Shown: positions 48,212 to 58,936, numbered from the stretch's first letter. The stretch is DNA of 64,000 bases from Candidatus Heimdallarchaeum aukensis (GCA_021513695.1 CP084166.1:1024001-1088000); one strand, 5' to 3'. Made by a program: numbers and translations. Notes: generated from the sequence alone by a model not told the origin.

Positions 48212-49130
48212 TCACCCTGTAGGGATTTCTTTCTCCACATTCTTCACAAAATAATGCGTCTGGGTCTAGTTCAACTCCACACTTAATACAAAACATTTTT
48301 TTCTTTACTGCTTTGTCTTGTTGTTCAGTAGTTAATGAAGGAGGATATAGCTTTTTTTCTTCTAAACTCTCCAAGACAAAACTTGGTTCTTCTTTTCTAG
48401 TTAGTAGTTTATTTATAAGTTCAGGAGGAATATTATCTAAAAGGAGGAATATTTTACGTAATTTCCAAATTCCAATTACTATGAAAACTAAATAGGAAAC
48501 TTCAACTATACTTAATACAAAGAATATAGTCTTAAAATCTTGATTTAGAGTACCTACCAAATAATATATCTTTGGAGGAGAGAGAATAAAGAAAGAAATT
48601 GCATTTTCACTTGTAGAATTTATAACATATTTCATTGGTGGAAAAATTACGTTTAGTAAGTTATAAATGAACAACAAAACAAATCCTATAGTAAATGACC
48701 AAGTAAGTTGAATAATATTTCGTTTATTCTTAACATGTTGTTCAGTAATATCTTGAATAATTATGCTACAATATATAAGGAAAGAAGAGTTAACAACATA
48801 AACAATTTGTAAAGCTAACACCATTTTATCAGAAAGAAAATTAAATTTAAAGTCTATATAAGATAATAAAATTAAACTTGAGGAAATGATACCATATATT
48901 GCAAGAAAAACCACTAATTGATTGATGGATACCTTTTTTTCTTCCTTATTAAACAAGAAGAAGCCCACACCAACCCAAATTAATGCTATTTGAGAGAGAA
49001 AATCAGGTAAAACGTGAATGAATATTATTTTATAGGAAACAAATGCTTCAACAAAAGTTTGTAAAATTATTATAGCTACATAAACAAAAGTAGACAAAGT
49101 AATATGCTTTCTTGCATTTAATGTAATCAT
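48198..49130 (-). CDS. Polytopic membrane protein with a C-terminal zinc ribbon.
   Basis: The C-terminus FCIKCGVELDPDALFCEECG has CxxC-x10-CxxC. Confidence 0.5.
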   Translation of the reverse strand: MITLNARKHITLSTFVYVAIIILQTFVEAFVSYKIIFIHVLPDFLSQIALIWVGVGFFLFNKEEKKVSINQLVVFLAIYGIISSSLILLSYIDFKFNFLSDKMVLALQIVYVVNSSFLIYCSIIIQDITEQHVKNKRNIIQLTWSFTIGFVLLFIYNLLNVIFPPMKYVINSTSENAISFFILSPPKIYYLVGTLNQDFKTIFFVLSIVEVSYLVFIVIGIWKLRKIFLLLDNIPPELINKLLTRKEEPSFVLESLEEKKLYPPSLTTEQQDKAVKKKMFCIKCGVELDPDALFCEECGERNPYRVNDVD

Positions 49131-49212
49131 ATGACGAAAAAATAATTATTATTTTTAAACTTATATAAAAAGAAGAAAAGGAAGAAATAAAAAAGCTTGA
49201 ATTATTTTAGAT

Positions 49213-49758
49213 TTGATGAGATTATCTTCCACTCTATCTCTTATTTCAATGGTAATAGGCTTTCTTAGTGTATTAACTCCTGCTTGTTTTTATCTAGGAT
49301 ATGGTACAAGCCCAGATCAAGTTCTAGCTATGTCTTGGATAGAGTTACATGAAAGTCCAGTTTTGTGGATATATTTAGCTGTTACCTTTATTGTTGGAGC
49401 TCATGATATAGAAATCTTACAAGGGATAGATTTTATTAGAAAGTCCAATATCAAGATTTTACGTACAATTCTTCTAATAATTGGTGTACTAATGGCTTTT
49501 TCATTAGAATTATCAGTTAATGTTTATTATTCCCAAGGACCAACTTTTTGGAAGGAAAGTCTATTCTTTCAGATTCCAGATCATGAATTAATACAAGAGT
49601 TTGCATCAATTGGCTATTTCTTAATTAGAATTTGCAGATTAATTCTGACTATTGCTGTTATCTTAGCTATATTTGATAGATATACACCTACTTATTATCG
49701 TAAACTCGCTCTTGATGCAAGAGAGGAATATACTAAAAGATACTTTGAAAATAAATAG
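49213..49758 (+). CDS. Hypothetical membrane protein.
   Basis: ORF with transmembrane segments. Confidence 0.4.
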   Translation: MMRLSSTLSLISMVIGFLSVLTPACFYLGYGTSPDQVLAMSWIELHESPVLWIYLAVTFIVGAHDIEILQGIDFIRKSNIKILRTILLIIGVLMAFSLELSVNVYYSQGPTFWKESLFFQIPDHELIQEFASIGYFLIRICRLILTIAVILAIFDRYTPTYYRKLALDAREEYTKRYFENK

Positions 49759-49857
49759 AAGATTATCAAAATTCAAATTGTTTTTTTCTTTTATTGAGTA
49801 CTCGTCTAAATTATAGAGAAGAAATTTAAACTAAAAAAAATAATTGTACATATCACT

Positions 49858-50925
49858 ATGACACCTTCGAAATTCTACTTATCAATGTCCATTCTTGTTC
49901 TAGATGATCTTGGAATAGAATTACGGGTTTCTTCTGACACAAAAATTAAACAGGAAGATATCGTTCTTATCGCCAACTTTTATTCTCCAATTATAGAAGC
50001 ATCAAAATCAGAAATCGGAGTATTTGGTCCTCTACCTGTCCCTAAATATCAAGAAAAGTATAACTTACTTGTTGTTTTATTTGAGCACAATGATTCAAAA
50101 ATAAAAAATAAACGTGCTCTTTCTAAAAGTGGTCTAGCTAGATGCTTAGGGCTGATAATTTATGAAAAAAAATATACAGAAAAAATCAATCTTGCCCACA
50201 GTTCAATCTTTGTAACAATTCAGAATTTTTTTAAAAAAGTAGATGATCTCTCCTCTTTGACTGAAAATCAAGTTGCTGAACTAAGTAATGATATTATTAA
50301 TACAATTCGCGAAAAAGAGAAAAATGTAAAATTGAAAAATATTGATGAATACATTTCAGAACTCTCTAATCGTATAAATATGTTAGAAATGCTCGCGACA
50401 ACCCTACAAAAAAGATACAAAATAGGATTCTTTACAGACGATGAATTCGCTTACAAACTAATTATTTCTGCTATTTTTGCGATTCAAAATATAGATCTGG
50501 TCTTATCTTATTCAGTTTCGGAGTGGATAATTCAAATACAAACATGTAACGGTGAGTATTATATTTCAAGACTTTATGATTTGGAAACTTTAGCTGATAT
50601 TTCAGAAATAAAAGACTTGAATTATGTAATATACCAAGGAAGATGTGATCTAGATAAAAGTCAGATAAAAAGACATTTTCGAAATATCGACAGAATAAAT
50701 AAACAAAATAAAGATACCCAAATAATTTTTACAACAACGAACGAAGCTTCAACCATTCCTATTAATGTTAAAAAAATTCTGCTAGAAGAAGAAAAACAAA
50801 GAGAAAATGTTCTCCTTCTTGTTACAATAGGAGATATATATAGATCTTTGGAAAATACATTATTCAAAATCGTTAATGACCTATTAGAAAAAAGAGAAAT
50901 GCAAATCCAAGAAAATTATGAATAA
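49858..50925 (+). CDS. Hypothetical protein, 355 aa.
   Basis: ORF only. Confidence 0.4.
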   Translation: MTPSKFYLSMSILVLDDLGIELRVSSDTKIKQEDIVLIANFYSPIIEASKSEIGVFGPLPVPKYQEKYNLLVVLFEHNDSKIKNKRALSKSGLARCLGLIIYEKKYTEKINLAHSSIFVTIQNFFKKVDDLSSLTENQVAELSNDIINTIREKEKNVKLKNIDEYISELSNRINMLEMLATTLQKRYKIGFFTDDEFAYKLIISAIFAIQNIDLVLSYSVSEWIIQIQTCNGEYYISRLYDLETLADISEIKDLNYVIYQGRCDLDKSQIKRHFRNIDRINKQNKDTQIIFTTTNEASTIPINVKKILLEEEKQRENVLLLVTIGDIYRSLENTLFKIVNDLLEKREMQIQENYE

Positions 50926-50933
50926 TTATTCTG

Positions 50934-51500
50934 TTATAGAACAGTTAGAATTTTGCTCGTTTGAATAAGATCCTTTACACATCTCACAACTTGAGGTGTA
51001 TCAGGAACCAATGAAAAAGAGACAGAAGTATCAATTTTGTCTTTTACTTGTTCTATTAATGTTGTTACTTTCTCAGAAATCCTAAAAGTTTCTTTCTCTG
51101 AAAGGGTGTCTTGAACAACATCTACAATACTGATGAAAATATCTTTTTCTAATGCTTGATTTAATATTCCAAATAGTTTTTCAGCTTTGTTAAAATGATC
51201 AAGATTCATTCCTTCCATAACAACAAGTAATCCGTGGCATAAATTAAATAAGTGATTAGAAAAAACATCGCTCGTATAATCAAGAATTAAGAATTGTGTC
51301 TTAAACTCCTCATTTTCAATTGTGATATCGCAATTTACAGGGTGATATCCACCTACAAAATCAATTTTTTCAGGAACAGACGCAAAAGGTGAAAGAATCT
51401 TTCTTATTAAGTTATTTTCTCCGTGCACAAGAATCTTAATCCTTTTGGCAAAGTGTTCCATAGCTTCATCTTCATTTTTTTGTTTTAAAAACTTTACCAA
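50934..51500 (-). CDS. Hypothetical protein, 188 aa.
   Basis: ORF only. Confidence 0.4.
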   Translation of the reverse strand: MVKFLKQKNEDEAMEHFAKRIKILVHGENNLIRKILSPFASVPEKIDFVGGYHPVNCDITIENEEFKTQFLILDYTSDVFSNHLFNLCHGLLVVMEGMNLDHFNKAEKLFGILNQALEKDIFISIVDVVQDTLSEKETFRISEKVTTLIEQVKDKIDTSVSFSLVPDTPQVVRCVKDLIQTSKILTVL

Positions 51501-51567
51501 TAAATTAAAGCGTTAAGAAAATATTTTTAACGCGAGTGAAAAAGAGAACTCAAGAAGGATTGGTACA

Positions 51568-52476
51568 ATGTTTGAGCTTCTTGGATTAAGTATTCTAGTT
51601 ATTTTAGGATTATTCGGTTTAGGACTACTTATAGGGGCAATTTCTCCAACTTTTGGAATAGGGGGAGGATTGCTTACTGTTCCTTTGCTCATTTTACTTT
51701 ACGACTTTTCAGGTGAAGTAGCTACAGCAACATCACTAGGTGTTATTATTTTTACCTCCCTAAGCGGTAGTTTAGCATATATTCGTGAAAAAAGAATTGA
51801 CTTCAAAATAGCTTTTACTTTCATGATTTTCGCTATACCTGGTTCAGTCTCTGGAGCGTTGGTTAGCAGATGGTTAAAAAGTCAGAATTATGAAATAGAC
51901 TACTTTCAATACATTTTTGCAGGAACAATGATTATTATTTCAATTTATAAGATAGCAACAATATTCTTTCATGGCAAAAATAACTCATCAACAAATACTT
52001 CCGAAGAAAAAGTTGAAAATGAAAAAGAAGCAACGAAAAAAGTAATAAAAGAAAAATTTACTGTAATAAGATCTTTTGATGATAAGCGTGGAGTACATTT
52101 TGAATATAAAACTAAACTCTTCCCTGGAGTAATTATTGCTTTTGTAGGAGGTTTTATTGGAGCAATGCTTGGTCTAGGAGGAGGAGTAATTTATGTGCCG
52201 ATTTTAACAATGGTTTTAGGGATTCCTGCAGGAATTGCAACAGCTACTTCCACTTTCACCATTCTATTTGCTAATCCTTTTGCAGTAGCTCTAAGATGGT
52301 CTTCAATTCAATGGAATTATGTTCTTTTCCTTTCAATTGGGACAATTATATCAGCAAATATTGTTCCAAAATTTCTACATAAGATTAAGTCAAAATGGAT
52401 ATTAACAGGATTTTGGACATTAGCCATACTTGCAGCTATAAGGTTGTTGCTTAAAGTTTCGGGAGTCAACATCTAA
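51568..52476 (+). CDS. TauE/SafE (TSUP) family membrane transporter.
   Basis: Two repeats with GIGGGLLTVPLL and GLGGGVIYVPIL. Confidence 0.75.
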   Translation: MFELLGLSILVILGLFGLGLLIGAISPTFGIGGGLLTVPLLILLYDFSGEVATATSLGVIIFTSLSGSLAYIREKRIDFKIAFTFMIFAIPGSVSGALVSRWLKSQNYEIDYFQYIFAGTMIIISIYKIATIFFHGKNNSSTNTSEEKVENEKEATKKVIKEKFTVIRSFDDKRGVHFEYKTKLFPGVIIAFVGGFIGAMLGLGGGVIYVPILTMVLGIPAGIATATSTFTILFANPFAVALRWSSIQWNYVLFLSIGTIISANIVPKFLHKIKSKWILTGFWTLAILAAIRLLLKVSGVNI

Positions 52477-52557
52477 AACCTTTTGATTTTTCTTTTTATA
52501 TTAGAAGATAAACCAGATATTTTGCACAAAATCTATAAAAGTGAATAGAATTTTTAA

Positions 52558-53409
52558 TTGATTAAAATGGTTGAATTTATTAAAATCACTCCATCTGTTT
52601 ATGCACATGTTATGGGAGAAACAAGAGGAAACATTGCATTTATTAATTTAGGAACAGCTTTGGCTTTTATTGATTCTGGAATGTATCCAACTGTAGCCAA
52701 AGAAGCTAGAAAGGTTGCAGAAGAAACTACAGGGTTAAAAACAAAATATTTGATAATTACTCATTACCATAGTGACCATATTCTTGGAAATCAAGCCTTT
52801 GAAGATTGTAAAATTATATCTTCAAAAGATACATCTAACTTAATTAAAAAAGTCGCTGAAGAACGTTTTTCAGAAGATAACATAAAAAAAATTATTGAAG
52901 AGAATCCTGAACTTAAAGATAAATGGAAGGAACTACGCATTGTTTTTCCCAATGAAACTTTTGAAGATAGTTATATCCTAAAAGAGGGAAAGAAAGAACT
53001 TGAGATAGTTCAAGTAGGCGGGCATACTAAAGGTAGCTCTTATGTTTATTTCAAAGAAGAAAAAGTAGTTGTTGTCAGTGATTTACTTTTTTCTGAGACT
53101 TTTCCTTATGCTGGAGATGAAACTTCAGATATTTATCAGTGGATAAAAGCTTTAGAAGCAATAACGAAATTACAAACCAACATAATAGTTCCTGGACATG
53201 GGCCTATTACATCAGTAAAAGAAATTGAAAAATATATACATTACTTCAAAGAATTTGTAGAGAAAGTGGAAAAACATGTTAAAGATGGCAAACAACTAGA
53301 AGACATTAATATTGAGAAAGATATACCATCTTTTCCCTATCAAGTTGATGAAACAAGGGTAAAAATGATGGTTGAACAGGTCTACAAAACAATAAAAAGA
53401 AAAGAATAG
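52558..53409 (+). CDS. Metallo-beta-lactamase-fold hydrolase.
   Basis: ITHYHSDH matches HxHxDH. Confidence 0.75.
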   Translation: MIKMVEFIKITPSVYAHVMGETRGNIAFINLGTALAFIDSGMYPTVAKEARKVAEETTGLKTKYLIITHYHSDHILGNQAFEDCKIISSKDTSNLIKKVAEERFSEDNIKKIIEENPELKDKWKELRIVFPNETFEDSYILKEGKKELEIVQVGGHTKGSSYVYFKEEKVVVVSDLLFSETFPYAGDETSDIYQWIKALEAITKLQTNIIVPGHGPITSVKEIEKYIHYFKEFVEKVEKHVKDGKQLEDINIEKDIPSFPYQVDETRVKMMVEQVYKTIKRKE

Positions 53410-53421
53410 ATAATTGTAGAT

Positions 53422-54285
53422 CTAATACAATTCTTTAATTATATGCATAGAGTCTATAGATTCTTGTAAACTTAGTTCGTAGACAATCGGTCCTTTAAAC
53501 TTCTTTTTAATTAGGAAATCCATGAATTCTTTTACTGGTAAGTCTAGAGAGCCTAAAGTTTTATGGTCTACAGCAGGAAATCGGCCATCATGCAAATGGA
53601 TTTCAACTATTTTATCGTAATATCTATCCAGAAAACTCATTATTTCAATTTCTCCAGAGTAACCAGCTAATAAATGACCAGTGTCAAAACATATTCCCAA
53701 GTCTAACTCTTCTATTACTTTATACATTAATTCAAAGGGGAATTCGATATTTTCTACAGCAATTTTTTTAGTTGGAAAGTCTATGCTTTCAATTAGTAAG
53801 TTTAAAGATTCTTTAGCATAATTTGTAAATTGGTTTACAGCTAGGTTCTTAATCTTATTGTTGATATTCATTCTCAAGAATTCTACAGTTAAAGAGCCTG
53901 TTGGGTGAATAACATAACAGATTGGATCTAATTCTTTCGTAAGGTTTATTGCATCAGTAAAAGCTTCTACTGCAGCCTTTCTTATATGAGGAGAAAAAGC
54001 AGCGGGTTCTATTCCCCAAAGCGGAAGATGGACTGAAAAAGATAATCCTAATTTACTTTTTATATCTTTTAACAACCCTATTTTGTCTGGTGTAAATAGA
54101 TGGGGAAATACGTATAAAAGATCTCCATTTATTTCTAAATGTTTAAACCCTGCTTCTATTGACTTATTTATTATTGATATAAAATTTAGTTTTGTAATAT
54201 CGATTTCTTCATCTTTTTTACCTTCAAACAGACTAGCTAGATCTGCAAAATCTAAAGGTCTATGTCCAAACAGAAGTTCATTCAC
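53422..54285 (-). CDS. Xylose-isomerase-like TIM-barrel protein (sugar phosphate isomerase/epimerase).
   Basis: IVEIHLHDGRF...HKTLGSLDLPVKEFMDFL is the typical C-terminal metal-site segment. Confidence 0.65.
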   Translation of the reverse strand: MNELLFGHRPLDFADLASLFEGKKDEEIDITKLNFISIINKSIEAGFKHLEINGDLLYVFPHLFTPDKIGLLKDIKSKLGLSFSVHLPLWGIEPAAFSPHIRKAAVEAFTDAINLTKELDPICYVIHPTGSLTVEFLRMNINNKIKNLAVNQFTNYAKESLNLLIESIDFPTKKIAVENIEFPFELMYKVIEELDLGICFDTGHLLAGYSGEIEIMSFLDRYYDKIVEIHLHDGRFPAVDHKTLGSLDLPVKEFMDFLIKKKFKGPIVYELSLQESIDSMHIIKELY

Positions 54286-55605
54286 TTATTCCACCTCTAT
54301 TTTCTTTAAGAAAGGGTCAAAATCTCCAAACATTATTACAGGTATCGATAATAAAATAAACAAAGACACTATTGGTCCTAACCATTTAAGTCCCAAAGAG
54401 TTAGGGTTATCTGGATCATGAATTAAAGGAATAAGTAGAAGAGCTAATGCTTGAAAAATGTTTAGGGGGATTGAGTTAAAACCAGTATACATTCCTGCTC
54501 TTGCTTCATTCGTTTCTTTGCTATCTTTATCGGCGATGTCAGCTATAATAGCATAAGGAAAGAGATAAATTGATGACAAACCTAGTCCCATAAGAAAGCC
54601 AAAAATGTATCCTTGAACATTTACAGGCAGAAATGGTAGTTTACCTACAACTAGTGTCAAAGGCAGAATCAGTGAAGAATAAAGAAAACCACTAATAAGA
54701 CTTTTTTTCTTACCGATTTTCTTTGCGAGTTTTCCCCAAAAGACAAAGGATATCATAACTGTTCCAAACATAGATATTCCAAAAATTGCGAAATCTACTA
54801 TCCCACTAAGCCCTATATATTCAATAAAATCTAGTGTTAAGGATAGAAGAATTGTTACACCTATAGAATATATTCCTTGTCCAATGAGCCAAATTACATA
54901 GTTTTTGTTCTTCATCACAGTTTTTATTTCGTTAACAATGTCCCTTTCGACTGGTTTAATTTCTTTTTCTTTAATTGAAATAAGAGTGGGTAAAAACATC
55001 ATTATTTCTATTACAGCAAAAACGACAACTGAAACTAGTAAAACTATACCTGCTTTACTGTCTATTCCTCCTTGCTCGTTTAGATATCCTGCAATGAAAA
55101 AAGTAAAACCTAATCCTACAATTGTTGCTATCAAGTTTGAAGAGTTTTGTAAAGCAGATACTTCTATTCTCTCATCTTCTCCGGTTATTTCAGGCATCCA
55201 AGACTGATATGGAGTAAGAAGATATCCATAAAACAAATTGAATAATGAATTCCAGATAAGTAACCAAGAAAATACAGCTACTTGGTTATTTAATGGAATG
55301 AACAAGTGTGGAATAAATAACATTACAAATGAAAGAGCTAAAGCTGGTGCCCCTGTCCAAATGAAAAATTTTCTTTTTCCTAATTTCATATTTGGAGGGA
55401 GAATATCAGAAATATAACCAAAAAGGAAACCAGAAAAAGCAATAACTATCTTTCCCACAGCATTCCCAATTGAATTCCAAGTTTGATTCAAAGCGAAGTG
55501 ATTGTTGTATATCCATACTGTTGCTAATGAACTCATATTCATGAAAATAGATGTCCCGAACCTACAAGAACCGTAGAACATTTTTTGCTTTCTCGTAAGG
55601 CACAT
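54286..55605 (-). CDS. MFS transporter (glycoside-pentoside-hexuronide symporter-like).
   Basis: 12-transmembrane-helix layout with a GKLAKKIGKKK loop. Confidence 0.7.
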   Translation of the reverse strand: MCLTRKQKMFYGSCRFGTSIFMNMSSLATVWIYNNHFALNQTWNSIGNAVGKIVIAFSGFLFGYISDILPPNMKLGKRKFFIWTGAPALALSFVMLFIPHLFIPLNNQVAVFSWLLIWNSLFNLFYGYLLTPYQSWMPEITGEDERIEVSALQNSSNLIATIVGLGFTFFIAGYLNEQGGIDSKAGIVLLVSVVVFAVIEIMMFLPTLISIKEKEIKPVERDIVNEIKTVMKNKNYVIWLIGQGIYSIGVTILLSLTLDFIEYIGLSGIVDFAIFGISMFGTVMISFVFWGKLAKKIGKKKSLISGFLYSSLILPLTLVVGKLPFLPVNVQGYIFGFLMGLGLSSIYLFPYAIIADIADKDSKETNEARAGMYTGFNSIPLNIFQALALLLIPLIHDPDNPNSLGLKWLGPIVSLFILLSIPVIMFGDFDPFLKKIEVE

Positions 55606-55648
55606 GGAAAATAGTAGAATTTAAAGTTAAAAAAGTTAACGGGAGAAT

Positions 55649-56389
55649 TTAGCTATCTCCTTGAATTTGGGACGCAACCCATTGTTTAATCATTGAAAAA
55701 GCTTTTTCTTTACCCAAATCTTCCGGAATTATATGTCCTCCTTCATTAATAAAAAGGAGGGTTTTGTCCTTACATGTTATTTTATCATATATTTTTTTTG
55801 CGTGACTTACTGGAACTGATGGATCTCTTATTGAATGAAGAATCAGAGTAGGTACAGAAATTTTAGGTAGATTTTTTCGTGTTTCTTTTAGCAAATCCAT
55901 CAACCAGAAAACACTTTTTGTATAATATTTGTTATAACACTTATGGGCTTTCTTTACTTCTTCATCCTCTATCTCCTCATTAGTATTATATTGAAATGGC
56001 ATCAGCTTTACCAAAAAAGGGAATAACTTAAGAAAAACAGCCCTGAAATCAGGAATTTTATAAGGGGCAGACATTGCTATTGCTCCTGTGATTGAAAGAT
56101 TTTGAGAAGCTAGATATAGAGAAATAGCTCCTCCCATACTTAAACCTGCAACAAATACTTTATCGACCTCGTTTTTAAGTTCAATAAGTTTTTCATTTGC
56201 ATAATTAACAATTTCAAGCCAAGTTAGGTTAGCATGTTCTTCAGCAGTTGTCTCGTGTCCTGGTAGAGTTATGTTATTTACAATATAACCTTCATTTTTC
56301 AGAAAGTTTTCTAAAGGTTGCATTTCAAAATGAGTTCCAGTAAAACCGTGTATCAAGATAAAGCCTATTTTTTCTTGAGACATAAGCAA
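55649..56389 (-). CDS. Alpha/beta-hydrolase-fold esterase.
   Basis: Nucleophile elbow VFVAGLSMGGA (GxSxG). N-terminus FILIHGFTG. Confidence 0.75.
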   Translation of the reverse strand: MLMSQEKIGFILIHGFTGTHFEMQPLENFLKNEGYIVNNITLPGHETTAEEHANLTWLEIVNYANEKLIELKNEVDKVFVAGLSMGGAISLYLASQNLSITGAIAMSAPYKIPDFRAVFLKLFPFLVKLMPFQYNTNEEIEDEEVKKAHKCYNKYYTKSVFWLMDLLKETRKNLPKISVPTLILHSIRDPSVPVSHAKKIYDKITCKDKTLLFINEGGHIIPEDLGKEKAFSMIKQWVASQIQGDS

Positions 56390-56510
56390 ATATTAGTATT
56401 TTTTCTTTTCAATCTTTTTGTCAAAATAAATTGAAATGATTAGCTTTGATTCAGATTTTTGTCCTTATTAAAAAATTTCAAACACAAAAACACAAAGCTA
56501 AAATAGAAAG

Positions 56511-57101
56511 ATGTTTAATAAATTCTGTATGATTAATGATCTTTGGTTCTGGATAATCATTGGAACAATTGTTATGTTTTTATTTATATGGCTATTTGTA
56601 TCTATTTACCGTGGAATTAAGCATGAAATGTTACAGATTTTAGGTTATCTTTTACTTATTGCAGGCTTGTCTCTTTCTATAGGTAGTTATCCAGCACCAG
56701 CTTATTTTGATATAATTGGAGGTATTTTAGGATATATTGCCTTAATTATCTCTTTCTTTAGTGTTCTAATGGCTAATAGACGTTGGGTCATTAGAAGAGG
56801 AATAAAAAATCTTAACAAATTCAGAAACCTAATGATTTTTGCTTATGCTAGACACCCTCTTACTCTAGCAATGATTATAGTAAGTTTAGCAGTATTTATG
56901 ATTAACAATTCAGTGCTTTCTAATGTTCTTTGTGTAATGGCTGGAATGTGCTTTATCTTATCATCTATTGAAAAAGACCTTTTTTATGAGCAACAATATG
57001 GATATCCTTACAAATTCTACTGCAGCAAAGTTCCTCGTTTTAATCTTATTTTAGGTTTTATTAGATCATTCAAAACAGAAAAAGAAGAAAGTACGGGGTA
57101 A
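56511..57101 (+). CDS. ICMT/PEMT-family membrane methyltransferase-like protein.
   Basis: RHPLTLAMII...SSIEKDLFYEQQYGYPYKFYCSKVPRF resembles the ICMT C-terminal signature (RHP...EE..L...FG..Y..Y...V.R). Confidence 0.55.
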   Translation: MFNKFCMINDLWFWIIIGTIVMFLFIWLFVSIYRGIKHEMLQILGYLLLIAGLSLSIGSYPAPAYFDIIGGILGYIALIISFFSVLMANRRWVIRRGIKNLNKFRNLMIFAYARHPLTLAMIIVSLAVFMINNSVLSNVLCVMAGMCFILSSIEKDLFYEQQYGYPYKFYCSKVPRFNLILGFIRSFKTEKEESTG

Positions 57102-57109
57102 GTAACAGT

Positions 57110-58399
57110 TTATTCTTCTAAAGTGTCTACTGATGGAATTAGGAATATCCAGAGACCAGCAATCAATGCAAATATTCCACCTAAAATAATTGCTCCACTA
57201 AATCCAAATTTAGAATTTAGCATTAATGTTACAATTAAAGGAGCAAAGAAAGTTCCTAGTCTTCCAGTATTAAAACTCACAGAAGTTCCTGTGGCCCTAA
57301 CTTTTTGAGGAAAGATTTTAGCGAATAAGGGTCCAAAACCGGAGAATATTCCTGTTCCTAGGCCTATAATTATGAAAGATAGAATAAGCATTCCTTTATT
57401 TGTTCCAGCAAAAGCAAATACTGTTGCACCAGTTGCAAGAATAACGGTGTAGCTGAAAAAAGTAATTTTAGGTTTTTCAGTAATATCTGCAATGAATCCA
57501 AAAGAAAGATAACCAATAAAAGCACCTAGTTGAGCTAAAAGAGTAATTTTTCCAACCCATGAAGCATCATCGAGAATAGATTTGAGATATTTTGGTGCCC
57601 AGGAGAAAATAACCCAATATGCCATTAAAGCAAAGAAAGACAGTATTATTCCTAAAAGGAGTGAGAGTTTTACTTTCTTTAGATCTTTAAATTGGTGATT
57701 GAGGGTCATTCGTATATAAGCTGCACCTCTTGGTATAGTTCGCTCTTTTTCATCATCTTCAACTATTTTCATCTCATCTGCGGCTTCTGCCTTAAATATT
57801 AGAAATTTGGGAGATTCAGGAAGAAAGAAAATCATTAAGATTGCGAAAAATAATGAAACTGCACCAGAACCACCATAAGACCATCTCCAACCAATTATTG
57901 GTGTGAGAAAAGAGCCTACAACGGCAGCTAAAGCTGCTCCTAATGGAGCTCCTGTTTGGATAAAAGCACTAGCAGAACCTCGATATTTTTTCGGTATAGT
58001 CTCATTTACAAGCGTGTGTCCTGCAGCCCATTCTCCTCCAATTCCAAACCCTGTAATTAATTGAAACAGTATCAAAGCCGTGAAAGATTGAGCAAAAGAA
58101 CACAACACAACTCCAAGAGAAAAGATCATTATCGAAGCAACAATCATTGTTTTTCTTCCAAAAATATCACTTAGATAACCTAGAATTATTCCACCTAAAG
58201 CAGTCACGGAGAGAGAAGCAGAATAAATTAAAGCTAGTTGATGATCTGTTAAATTAATTTCATCAGGTATATACAACATCAAAAAACTGTACAATATCAA
58301 ATTGTAAAAATCAAATAACCAACCTATCCATGAAAATGATATAACTTTAGTATAATTCCAATTAATATTTTTCACATTCATCTGGCTCAGATGAAGCAT
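57110..58399 (-). CDS. MFS transporter.
   Basis: GRKTMIV loop motif and a 12-transmembrane-helix layout. Confidence 0.8.
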   Translation of the reverse strand: MLHLSQMNVKNINWNYTKVISFSWIGWLFDFYNLILYSFLMLYIPDEINLTDHQLALIYSASLSVTALGGIILGYLSDIFGRKTMIVASIMIFSLGVVLCSFAQSFTALILFQLITGFGIGGEWAAGHTLVNETIPKKYRGSASAFIQTGAPLGAALAAVVGSFLTPIIGWRWSYGGSGAVSLFFAILMIFFLPESPKFLIFKAEAADEMKIVEDDEKERTIPRGAAYIRMTLNHQFKDLKKVKLSLLLGIILSFFALMAYWVIFSWAPKYLKSILDDASWVGKITLLAQLGAFIGYLSFGFIADITEKPKITFFSYTVILATGATVFAFAGTNKGMLILSFIIIGLGTGIFSGFGPLFAKIFPQKVRATGTSVSFNTGRLGTFFAPLIVTLMLNSKFGFSGAIILGGIFALIAGLWIFLIPSVDTLEE

Positions 58400-58447
58400 T
58401 CTAAAAGTGCTTTTAAAATTGACTAAATAAACCTAATCAAAATTTTT

Positions 58448-58936
58448 TTACTTTAACTTTTCAACTATAATTGCTGGACAAATATTGAAAATTCCAGGGT
58501 GTTTACTTAATTTTTGCTCGAATTCATTCAACTCTTCTAGATCATGGAACCAAGCTTCTATCATTACCATGTGATCACCTGTAGAGGTTGACAAACTTAT
58601 TACTTCTGGTAAGTTTTTTAGTTCTAAAAGTGTTGAAGTGTAGTGTTCTTCCTTAATATCAAAACCAATCATTGCCTCAATTTTATAACCAATTTTTCTT
58701 GGATCCACATCAATAGTAAATTTTCTAATAACACCTTTGTTTATCATTTTTTTTACTCTTTTTCTCACTGTAGCTTCTGTAACAGAGAATTTTTCAGCTA
58801 TTTTGTTATAAGAAATTCTACTATTTTTTTTTAATTCTTGTATTATATCAATATCCGTAATTTTTCTTCTTTGAACAGTCATTTTTTCTACCTTTGTCCA
58901 ACTATACTTTATATGTATGGTTCGAATTTCGAACAT
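58448..58936 (-). CDS. Lrp/AsnC-family transcriptional regulator.
   Basis: IDIIQELKKNSRISYNKIAEKFSVTEATVRKRVKKMINKGVIRKFT is an HTH, followed by a RAM domain. Confidence 0.8.
   Translation of the reverse strand: MFEIRTIHIKYSWTKVEKMTVQRRKITDIDIIQELKKNSRISYNKIAEKFSVTEATVRKRVKKMINKGVIRKFTIDVDPRKIGYKIEAMIGFDIKEEHYTSTLLELKNLPEVISLSTSTGDHMVMIEAWFHDLEELNEFEQKLSKHPGIFNICPAIIVEKLK
58920..58934. promoter_or_regulatory. 15-bp near-perfect palindrome GTTCGAATTTCGAAC overlapping the first codons of this Lrp gene.
   Basis: Arms GTTCGAA and TTCGAAC with a single central mismatch. A third TTCGAA lies at 58981-58986 in the intergenic region towards the peroxiredoxin gene. Confidence 0.5.

Noticed and set aside
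50934-51500. Small Ras-like GTPase assignment for the 188-aa protein.
   Set aside because: No GxxxxGK(S/T) P-loop is present. Only vague G3/G4-like spacing. Left as hypothetical.
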